A stretch of 38,828 nt of DNA from Ramazzottius varieornatus (Eukaryota; Animalia; Tardigrada): positions 67,522-106,349 of the forward strand of contig BDGG01000025.1 of NCBI GenBank assembly GCA_001949185.1. Direction: 5' to 3'. Below the pieces are notes generated by a model. It was not told where the DNA came from, searched no databases, and was given only the letters and a program-made list of their open reading frames with translations. Both the position numbers and the translations under genes were made by a program. Numbering within the stretch: position 1 is the stretch's first letter; every line of letters begins with the position of its first letter. Of this stretch, positions 11,954 through 22,731 are shown in pieces.

Positions 11954-13516
11954 TTTTCTACCTTGACCAGACGACACGGATAATAAAACTTAATACTTTG
12001 ATTTATCACCTGGTGTTGGTACTTAAAGAACCTTGCCAGGTCATTCGGTATCCACGTAGACGTAGGTTCGTTACGACATCAATCGTGCCATACAATTGTG
12101 TACGGAATAATTACTTTCTGTTGCAAATATGAATATCGTGCTTTAATTAGACAATAATGCGCTCAGAAACTGCTCTTTTGCAGTAAACGTCGAAGGACCT
12201 TACACAACAGCAGCATATTATCTGGGAGCTGTACATCCTCAGCGTACAAGATCGTCATTTTGACTGGGGCAGCCTTCCAGCCATTAACGGTCTAAAAGTG
12301 CGCCACTTGTGATAACGGTCTTGTATGCTTTGTTTGCAAAGCTCCCATCTTTTCGCGCTGAAGGCGTGGGACCGGAGCGATACGGAAATTCGCGTCAAAC
12401 ATCAGCCAAGAAGTTCTCATCCACATGCGGCGATCGGGGCGTCTTTGCCGAGAACCGTCCGTTCCGTTTGCAGCCACATCTGGGTGGGTTCCCGAACTTC
12501 CTGCACGTACCTCCAGCGCAACTTCCGTTTCATGAGCCACCCCAGCCGATGGAGACACAACCCGCCTCTACTGTAGAAAACTGGAGCATGAGCCCGACAA
12601 ACAAAAGAAGAGCGCAGCACATCCATTTGGTGTCGGCCATCTTACGCTGTTGGATTACTCTGCCAAATTGCCGTGAAGTACGATTGTACGATGAACGAAT
12701 ATACGGGAAGGTTCAAGGCGAACTCAAAAATGAGCAGTGGAGAATAAGAAATCGTTATTAAGCTGCTTCACTCAACATGGAGCGCTTTTGTATTGTGGTA
12801 GGTGGCTCAGGCGAAACCGTTATTGGGGGCGGGGTTGTCCAAACAGATAACTCCGAAAGTGATATCTGGCACACTGCCTCCGTACCAGACAACATTTGCG
12901 CATTCGCTTATGGATATCAGACGCACCTTCTGTTTACTCGGGGACATACCGGATCTTCCGGAAACACAATCCGTTACTCCGTTAACAGCGACAGCAACTT
13001 CCGGCTTCTGCGATGTCCAACGTTGCCCTCACGGAAAGTGATAAAGAGCGGTTCCTAGTTGAACAGTCTTCGACCCGTGTAGGCCGGCTATGGTGATCAT
13101 CATTAGTCTCGATCAGTGTACAGGCGCCTCGCGCCAACGTTAACCAGACTTCTCGAAGTTCTAGAGCAGAATGTTTGCCAGCGAGGGTAAGAATGACCAG
13201 TGTTCCCCCCCCCCATATATCAACTTGGCGGCTGTCTTTCTGCAGCCATGTTAGCGATTAATTTTATCTGTCGCTGGTCGCTGCGGCAGTTAGTGACCAC
13301 GTTCCCAGGTACTCTGCCACTTCTCCTAACAAGGCGAAACTCCTCCACGGTTTTCGCGTCCGGGACCACTATGTCGCACCATTTGTGCTCCCGCTATTCG
13401 GTATGGCGGTGGAGTACCCAGGAAAGTGAGATGCACCGATCGTGGACGGGAAATCTTCACGAAACACGACGAAGAAATGATGGGATCGAGCAGTTTGTCA
13501 TTCTTAGCACACTGAC

Positions 13517-13546
13517 TACAGTACAGTACAGTACAGTACAGTACAG
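13517..13546. repeat. (TACAG)6 microsatellite
   Basis: Six perfect pentamer copies. Confidence 0.9.
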
Positions 13547-13983
13547 CGAAGGGCTGTGGACCGAAGGCACGTGTACCTGTTAGCAAGAACCACTTGTCCT
13601 GTATGTTGGCTCCTAGAAAAGAATAGAAATAAGTCCGAACAGGTCGGAGACGCAGAATCTTCTGGACTCTGGTCTACCTGCTGATTTGTAGCCAACCAGT
13701 CATGCGTTTGATGTTGCATGACGTCAGTTTTGGAACGACGTTGTCTGGAAGAGCTGGGATGAGTCATACAAGTTTCGTTATTCGACCGAAGAACTTAGTT
13801 GTTTTGAACCTTTTCGTCACGATTCACAGAGACAGAATTAATTGATTTTCCGATTTTCATCTTCCTTTCTGTGTGAGGCAACCTGACCTTCGCAGTGCTC
13901 TTTGATCCTAGGAGAGCCGTTTGGTAAGGAACGCCGTGTGGAGGGAGCGGAACGTCAGAGGCAAGAAATCGTCTGCATTCACG

Positions 13984-16724
13984 ATGCCTTTCTTCTCCCA
14001 ACAATGGGAGGAAGTCCTCAGCTGCTCCGTCTGTAATCGTCGCTTCGATGTGGTACGAATTCCCACAAGTTTGGTGTGCGGACACACCATCTGTAATGTG
14101 TGTATCTCTTCACTCCACTTGGGATCGTCAACAATATGCCCGTTGGACCAAGTCGACCAGAAGCTCATCGTGGCATTCCTGCCTCCCAACACTCCCATGC
14201 TCGAGTTGCTTCAACTGGACTGGCGGCACTCCGTAGCGCTTCAACACCGCTCCATGATGTCCGAGAAGATTTTCGACGACGATGAACAACAGAAGGATTA
14301 TAGATTTGCTGTGGGAATTGTGGAACGTCTAGCGCAGACTATCGTCGCTTCGTCAGGTAAGCTAACGTGCCCCGCTAAAGTCGCGCACTTCATTAAGAGT
14401 TACTGTCAGCTTCTGCGCTAACAGTCATGACTTCGGGCGCGAATTTGTGAAGCTTAGTTACTTGATGAGGTTTTTAGGACTTCGTGGACTAACTGATTCT
14501 GTTTTCTTTGCAGTGGTGAATAAATCCATACAAAGAAAGTTGCTGACGCTGTTCCAGTGCCAGTTTTTCGTGGAAGACGGTCGGACGAAGGCAATAAAGG
14601 CTTCAAGGTGCGACACAAAGTTTATTGCTGGAATGTTGTTTTCTGATTCCCCAGAAGTCAAAAGAGTTGTCTGGAGGGTTTGATGGGTGAACTAATCTCT
14701 GCGAGAGGAAAAAAACATTTTGAGGGGCATATTTTTTGTAAATTTGCAGATCAATATGTGAGCGGATCGTGATGGAGCTGATCCTTCACCACCAGAACAT
14801 GCAGCAGCTCACTACTCATCTTTGGACGGCAGTTCGCGCTCGCGGTTGCCAGTTCTTGGGTCCAGCCATGCAGGAAGAAGTCCTCAAGCTCGTTCTCCTG
14901 GCTTTAGAGACTGGCACAGCATTGAGTCGGAAAGTGCTCGTCATGTTTATTGTTCAGAAACTGAAGCCACAGTACGCGCAAGCATCCAAGACTAGCGTGG
15001 GTCACGTCGTGCAGCTACTCTACCGCGCTTCCTGCTTCAAAGTGTCCAAACGAGAGGGTGATTCGTCTCTGATGGAACTGAAGGACGAATTTAGGACTTA
15101 CGATGCTCTGAGAAGAGAACATGACGCGCAGATTATTCAGATTGCGCAGGAAGCTGGCTTGAGGATCGCTCCGGAACAGTGGAGTGCGCTATTGTATGGC
15201 GATCAGCAGCATAAATCGTTTATGCAGTCCATCATTGACAAGGTGACCCATTCACCGATTCCTTCTCATTTATTTTGGTTCTTTTGACCAGAAATATAGC
15301 TGAGAATGATGAGCTTAGGCGTCCGGAATTGAACTGGGAGTTCGGCCACCAGTCTCGACTAGTTCATTGTTTCAAGTGGCGCACGCTCTCAGCCAAGAAT
15401 GCTGAAAATGTGCGTCACTTGTTGGTTGGAGGTTGTTTGCGGATCACCCATTTCATTTTGGTCTCACATCAATGACAAGAGTGTTCTTTCTGCTTTACAG
15501 TTGCAGACCAACCAGTCCTTTCCACAGAGTGTTCAAGAACTCCTCATCGCTGTTCAGCGTTCCGGTGATCCCGACAGTCTGAACGGCCTGAAAGAACCAT
15601 TGGACTTCATCGTCAGCCTCGAAGCGGAAGTAAATTCTCCACCGACGCTCCAGCTCCTCACCTCGCTCTTTTCGCATCTTTTCCAGGTCGTCACCATCTA
15701 CCTCCAGTTTCTCACCGACGTAGCACAAGCTCGGGAGAACGCTCTACATTCCCGGTCTAGAAAAGCCCACCTCACGCACTCTCCCAGTTTCCCTATTCTG
15801 GAGGACAGAGCCAACCAGATGAACCAAGCGAGTATACCTAGTCAATCAAGCCATTGCAGTCAGTTCAATCAACCGAACGTTTTACATCGGAACTTCCATC
15901 AACCGTTGACTGCTTCGCGCAGTCTTCCGCCCACAGATGTTTTGGCAAACGGTATCAGGAATATGGAGCTGAGTAATGGAACGAACAGACATACTTCGGT
16001 CTTTCGACAGAGTCCCCTAGCCATGAACTCGCATCGTGATGTGCCTTCTTTCCCTGCTTCTGGTTCCACTCCTTCGTTTCCGCGTCAAGCTTCGCGAATG
16101 CAATCCAGTCCGTTGCAGACCTTGAACCACATGTTTCCGCCGCAGATTAACTCTCAAGGCTTCTTTTCGTCGTTAAGAAATGGGAATGGAAAACAGTACG
16201 AGTCAGGCCAGGAGTTTTCTTCCAGCGCCGGAAGTTCACCTAGAACGCAACCGGAAGTGTCGAGGGAGTTCTTCCGGCAGCCCCTGTCGACGACATGGAG
16301 CACACCGAACACCAATCTGAAGTTTGGAGACGAAGCAAAAGGCTTCTCGTTGGAGTTCAAGACTTCCATGTCGAGCAGTACGCTCATGGAAGATTTTAGG
16401 AAGTGGCGCGACGACACTCCTTCGTCCAATGGGGTAAGATACTTTGCTGTACTATCTTTCAGACTTCTTTCAACAATATCTCCGTTATGGTTTTAGATGC
16501 ACCGAATTTCATCCTTCTCGGACCAGCTTTCGACTTCGGACAGCAGTTACGGATCTGATGGTTTTCGCTCTTCTCATCCGCCTCTCAGCCGTCAGTACGC
16601 GTCTTTTGGATCTTCTGCCTCAAGTTCAAGTCATCCTTTCCGCTCTCTGGTATCTCACGGTGATGAAGCGACCTCTTCGCCAGTCTCAGATCAAAACGGA
16701 TTGAGTAACGGCTGGCTTCTGTGA
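13984..16724 (+). CDS. RC3H1: Roquin-family RING E3 ligase / RNA-binding protein (RC3H1/RC3H2 homologue), 5 exons
   Basis: [17 protein letters not shown]...CGHTICNVC...CPLD RING. Highly conserved ROQ domain ([30 protein letters not shown]...[22 protein letters not shown]). [29 protein letters not shown]. Ser/Pro-rich tail; last exon 16497-16724. Confidence 0.95.
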
Positions 16725-17146
16725 AGAATGGACCGTAATTTCCCCATATAGTTTATTCATATCTTGTTTTGGTGTTTAGCTTTTGTGATCATCCGTCGCC
16801 TTTTGGCAGTTTTTGTGTTGCACAAAACATGACATTTAATTGTGCTCCCTTCTTATTTGGATTTCCTTGGTGCGCGGTTCATCCACAGCTTTTGCTGTCC
16901 TGCCGAGGCGTTTTGTCCCAAGTTGTGGCTTACATTGCACTGTATGCTTTTTAGTGGGCTCATATTGGGTTCTCCGTGGTTTATTGACCATCTCTTCGGT
17001 TGAAGTAGGCTGGTTTTTCTTTTAACTTCTCTGGACGAGACCTGCTGTTCGTCTTGTTTCAAGATGTCTTTCTCATCCATATTCTGTCTGCAGTAAATTA
17101 TCTGAACAGTGAAGAAAGCCCCACTCCAAGCTCACCACTGGCTCGC

Positions 17147-17249
17147 TGACGTCACCACTTCCGGTTGCTCTGATTAGACTTGAATTCCACAATACTACTC
17201 CACAAGTTCGACTCAACCACAATGCTGTTGATTGGCCGATTTTGATTGG
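17147..17249. promoter_or_regulatory. Candidate BET1 promoter motifs: CRE, ETS and two inverted CCAAT boxes
   Basis: TGACGTCA 17147-17154, ACTTCCGG 17157-17164, ATTGG at 17231 and 17245; about 430-530 bp upstream of the BET1 ATG. Confidence 0.35.
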
Positions 17250-17675
17250 CTGGTCTGGTCTATTCCTGACTCCTAGTGCTGTCCAGGTAAACATTCAGGT
17301 GAAGGGATTGGGACGCAGTCGAGTTTTCACTTGGCTTGCCAAAAAGTCCATCCCTCGATCAAAACCAACGCTAGCAGTCATATGTTTCGGCATTCGATCA
17401 GCTAATCAAGTCATTCGCTTTTGGGACAATTTTGCTGAATTAATCATGACTCAGCGATTTTGCCAGGCCATTCTGCATTTCACGGAATGTTTACCTGGAC
17501 AACACTGCGGACTCCTGAGAAAATATTTTCAGAATTTCCAAAAGTTTCTTCGAAATTCTTCCATCAGCGTCTTTGGGGTGGCTGTGCTTTCCCATGCTGT
17601 CAGCGCTGTTATCTCTGGTACTATGTTTCTTAACTTGGACCACTGAACTCTGGCACGAACAATTATCGGTACACG

Positions 17676-18276
17676 ATGTATCGCTCATCAAAACTACGTA
17701 AGTTGCGTCGTTGCGAGAATGTCAGTCGCTATTTCATTTGCGTGTTCAATGACACATACTCCATTCCCCTTGCAGAAACCAGACAGTCGATCCCCTACGG
17801 CGATGGTGCGCCTTCAACAGAGCCCAACAACGGGATGCGGAACCGTAGTCTGTTCGATCAGCAGAACGAAGAAGTGACCAGTGCACTAGGACAAAAGATC
17901 TCTGCGTTGAAATCTGTAAGGCTTGTAGTTTCCTTGATTGTTGATTGATGAACAGATTATGTACCCACCTCCGTAGCTGACTATTGATATCGGGAACGAA
18001 GTCAGGAGCCAAAACAGGATGCTTGGCGAAATGGTACGTTTGCGGGCGGAGAGACTCTCTTGCACTGTACAGGGTCCATCGCGAAGATTCTGTTACTGAT
18101 TGAGACTGCATTTTTCGTAGGACTCGGAGTTGGACACGTCATCGGGCTTTCTGGGCAACGCCATGTCCCGTCTAAAGAAGCTCCAGCGTGCCAACGGTGG
18201 ATCTATCACATGGAAACTCCTCGGCTTTGCCTTCTTAGTTTTCATAGTGATAGTTTTGATTATAAAGTTTAAATGA
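17676..18276 (+). CDS. BET1: BET1 homologue (ER-Golgi Qc-SNARE), 4 exons
   Basis: Spliced product contains FDQQNEEVTSALGQKISALKS|LTIDIGNEVRSQNRMLGEM|DSELDTSSGFLGNAMSRLKKL and a C-terminal TM (WKLLGFAFLVFIVIVLIIKFK*). Confidence 0.92.
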
Positions 18277-20697
18277 AGATTTTGGTGAAGTTCTCCATGT
18301 GGTTTGGTGGAATACCACTCTGTCTTTCCGATTTTGTCTTGTCCGACTCGCGAAACATTTCTTTTCTTTACACCCTTCCATTACAGTTTTTTTTACTCTT
18401 TGGAAAGCAGTTGATAGTTGCCCGAACCAGAGTGATGCACGTGCAGAATGTACTAAAATTCTGATGGAAAATCACGAGGAGAGTTGGATGACGTACGATT
18501 TCTCCACTGGGAGTGGATAATGTAACTCCGCCCGAATAGAGGTGAAAACAGAAATTTCAAAAATATAGCTACTCGCCTCATTGGTCAACATGAAAATGCA
18601 TCAAGTCGAGGGCGGATCAGCTATGTGCACGGGGCGTGACTTACCTGTGAATGGTGAATTGCGGAGCTCCATCGAACCGACAAGGCAGAACACGTTTACT
18701 TAGTGAGACATCACTCCATTTACTTTAGACTTACACCATCTATTATTTGAAATTACCGGATCAACTGGAGACAGAACAGGGTAGATAAGTGATAACGAGA
18801 TAACAATAACTTGACTTTCGACTTCACCAATGTGAGTGATTTTATTTGCCCATGGGAAACTTTGCAATTTGGCGATTCACACATGAAACTTTCTGCGATT
18901 TTCCAGATTTCTCTCTTTTGGATTTTCGAGCAAGCACATTTTTCGCCTTGCTGGCAAAAGCTTTGGACTTACGCTCTGCCATGCGCTGCCTCTTCAGAGA
19001 ATTCATCCAGTAGGAAGAAAACTCCACAACGAAGAAATCTCTGTTTCTGCAAGTAAACTACATACAGCAAGCGCTAAGTCCTAAAGTAAGCCTCGATCAT
19101 CTGAAGTAAAGAGTCTTTTCAGATTTTCCAGCGTGGGAGTTTTTGTATACGGATGGAGGTGATACGAGGTTGAGTTTCGATCTTTTTAAGGTATTGTAAC
19201 GTTACTAACAACTAACTAATGCTTCAGCTGAGGTCGCGACCAGCAGCTGCCCATAGCACTTACTCTAGATTACAATGCGGTGTCTCGAAAAACACCGCAT
19301 TGCCCTCATCCCTATCTGGAAAAAGTTCTGCTCGATACTGGAATTAAATATCAATTAAATTTTTTAAAATAATTAAATCTCAAATTCTTTAAAGAAACGA
19401 AGCCATTACATTGGGGCGGTCTTGAAGAAACTCTGGTTTCAGAGCGATGTCGGCAATGAATGGCATTTTCTGGAACGTGTAGCCTGAAAACAGAAGAAAA
19501 TAATATCAGTGAATTGTTACAAGTAACGTCTGGATGGTTGACGCACTTGCTGCTGCGTAAGTCCCTCAAAACGCGCCGCTTTTGCGTAACCAGTGATGAT
19601 TGGTTGCCCAATATGTGCAAATACTTGCTAAGTAAAGCTCCACCCATGCGCAGCTCTATGTGCATGCACTAGTGCGCATATCCTGCATATGTTTCCCAGA
19701 CACACGCATGACGTCTCGGTCACGTGCTCTAGTCGCTTATGTTGCACACGTGACTTGTGACGTCGTACGCAGCATCAATGGGTAACAGCACTTGCATGTG
19801 TGAAAATGACAAGATTTCTGTATACGTTCATGTACTACGAACACGTAAAATGGATCAGCTACACACGTGTGTCACTGTGAAGGCACTTGCCGATCTGTGA
19901 TGAACTGAAAGAAGACGGAAAAGGCAGGGACGAGTCGCGGTGATGGACTTTCAGACAGTAGCTGCAGACGGTGATGAAGTACTTGTCCAGAGCGAAGATG
20001 TTCAGGATAATCTGCAAATAAAAAGCTGGTGTACTTACTGTATGCAATCACGACAAATCCAGTTAGCAGTCTTACCATAAGCTGACAGGAAGGGAAGAAG
20101 ATCGAGGTTGGTTCCGCAAACAGACACACAGGAAAAAAACGTTGTTCGTGAAAACGCGCGAACATTGCGTCATACGGCACAGCCCTGTTAATAGCTCCTT
20201 AACAGGTTCGTGCCAACCAGAAGTTTATGTTTAGGAGAAGCTGGGAATTATAACCTGTCCGAATAGATGTCTGATTGGTTTGGTCGAAGTTTGCCATATC
20301 AGACAGTGTGTGTAGGATCGTGGTCTTAAGTGTTATTCGAGTACAGTTTGTAACACACAATTAACTCTACTACTGTATTAATTATTCTACCGGCCTGCAG
20401 TGGCCGCACATGTTTTTTCCTTTGAGCAAAAAGATAGCCCTCAAAATCTAACATTTAAACGGAACAACGGATCCGGCAGAAAGTTGCTGGACAGAGTGGG
20501 AAGAAAAGTCAAAGCTGCGTCAGTTCACTGAGAGCAATGCTGAACACTAGCCAGAAAAAACTTGCTGCTTTCTCCACTGGTAAGAGAACCCCATAGCCTG
20601 CCAAACCCAACTCTCCGCGTGATTGTGCCATGCTGTCCAATGCTATAAAGCCTGGCATGGCAAACAGCTTCGGCACTTGTATCACTCTATCCGAACA

Positions 20698-21772
20698 TAG
20701 GGTTGTTAATATCCAGTCCGACATCGGATGGATCCGCATGAATCCGGATAAAAGTTGGATTGGATAGGCATTCTATTCTTCCCGCTGTTGATAGAGATCC
20801 TATCCATTCGGATGGGATCCGGATGAGCTCTCCATCCATCCGACTTTCTATCCGGATAGAACCAAAACTACTAACGCGCAATCAGACAGTCCAATACACC
20901 AGAGGGTAATCTGACAGAAATTCGCAATCTCTCTGCAAGCTTGTTTGTTGAGCGTAGTTTTGTTTACGAAAATCTCTGTCTTGTCACTTCCGGTCGGATT
21001 GCGCGAATCGATCTGCTAACTAGAATGATGTCCCGGCAGCTTGACTGTTTATTGAAAAAATTATAATTTGTCGGAGTAAAATCGACTTGAACCGTCAAAG
21101 ACGAGTAAAGATCTAGTTTGGTGTGTTGGTGTTATTATAGGCGCAATGGCGACGAAACTACCCTGACAGCTCCTTCCGCTGTTAAAACCCATCTGTCTAT
21201 CCGAGAACGGTCGGGCCTATGACTCAAGTGAATGAAGTCGAAGCGTTCTTCTCGAACCCCGAAGAGCCAACTGAAAGAGACGTTTTGCAGTCTCGGGATT
21301 TGTCAGAGAAACGTTACCCCGATCTGTGCCGTGTACCAAAAGATATCTTGGCCGTTCAGTCTTCTTCCGTGCCTTCAGAAAGTTATTTTCTACCAGTGGT
21401 TGGTACATTACTGCCCTACGAAATCGATTAGAGCCGGAAGCCTTACGGGCTATGTTGTGTTCAAGGTCTTCGGATTTAATTTATGAGTATATGCAGACTA
21501 TGTTGACGGAGGATTATTAAATTGTATCGTCTATGCTGTCCGGCAACACAGCATGTCAACACCTACGAACTATAATTCGTTGTGTCATCTGTAAGTCTCT
21601 AAGCCAAGCTTCGAGTTTTTATCCGGATAAGATCCGGACCATCCGGATAGAAGACCTATCCATCAACAACGGATTCGGATGGAAGTTCTGTCCATCCGAC
21701 TGCTTTCCGGATCCATCCGGATCGACATCTGATCCCATCCGGATGACTGTGATACATCCGTTAACAACCCTA
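20698..21772 (+). mobile_element. Internally deleted hAT transposon retaining a decayed C-terminal dimerisation domain
   Basis: TIR TAGGGTTGTTAA / TTAACAACCCTA. Degenerate 8-bp TSD TCCGAACA/GCCAAACA. Many subterminal ATCCG/CGGAT repeats. 21219-21470 reads RYPDLCRVPKDILAVQSSSVPSESYF and, frameshifted, RNRLEPEALRAMLC. Confidence 0.88.
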
Positions 21773-22731
21773 GCCAAACAAACGAAGTATTTACCAGTCT
21801 TACTTATATACTCGCAAAACGTATCTCGTTTGTTGCGCGAGCTCCGCCCAAAAGGCTGGCCTTCCAGCGGAGCTTCAGAATGAATCATAGACCGCTTGCG
21901 TCATCGTAGAAAGCTGTTCAGGCATTCTAAAGCCCTTAAATTGGGAAAACTATGGCAAGCCTGAGCCTATGGCGGAAAGATCAAAGGATGGGAATCAAGG
22001 TTCATTCACATCTGACGTATTAAAAAACCCCAGACCTGTTACCACGCCCATTGACCAATAGACAGAAAGAACGGGCCAACAAACCAGCTGCGATTGGGCG
22101 GTCAACCTATCAATGCCAATGGCTAGTATCGGTGGTCAATCATAGCAAAATCAATGGCCGAAGCTTAGTGATCAACCTACCAAGATCAATGGTCAACCAC
22201 TAGTGGTCAACCAACCTACCCACCCACCCTGGCGATTTTACCACTGCACGATCATCTACTTTCCTACCTAGTTACACAGCCGCGTCGCAGCCGATTGCGC
22301 AGCAGGCAGCACGAGTTCCGCCATACCCTGTCGGTCGTACCATTGTTCGACCGGCAGGGTCCTGAGAGTAATCAATTGTTTGTTAATCAACTAGCTGTTT
22401 TCGCCAGTTGATTCGTAGAAATTTGATTGATCCGACACAAAGTCATGATTCAGCAAGAACTAAAAAAATGGTAAAAACCAGAAAAAAATCGGGGAATCAT
22501 CCTGAAAAAAGGATAGTGCAGTCTGGAGCTCGAGCTTTCTGTGTTGTGTTTGCGATTCATAGTCCCCTTGGGTTCTTTGAGTTGACACTGCTCTCGGGAG
22601 TCGGCACGCGAGATCACGGAAAGGCGTGCGCTTCTCCACGACCCACCCTGCTGTAATGTACGAGCAGGTTCTGAGAACTGAGAGAGCTGCTAGACCTCCA
22701 AGACCTTTGCAAGGAGTCGAGCCGTCCGAAT

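Noticed and set aside
18600-20050. Possible minus-strand exon fragments (e.g. IILNIFALDKYFITVCSYCLKV) and a CACGTG cluster
   Set aside because: I could not assemble a coherent gene or recognise a family, and the motifs are too short to support a call.
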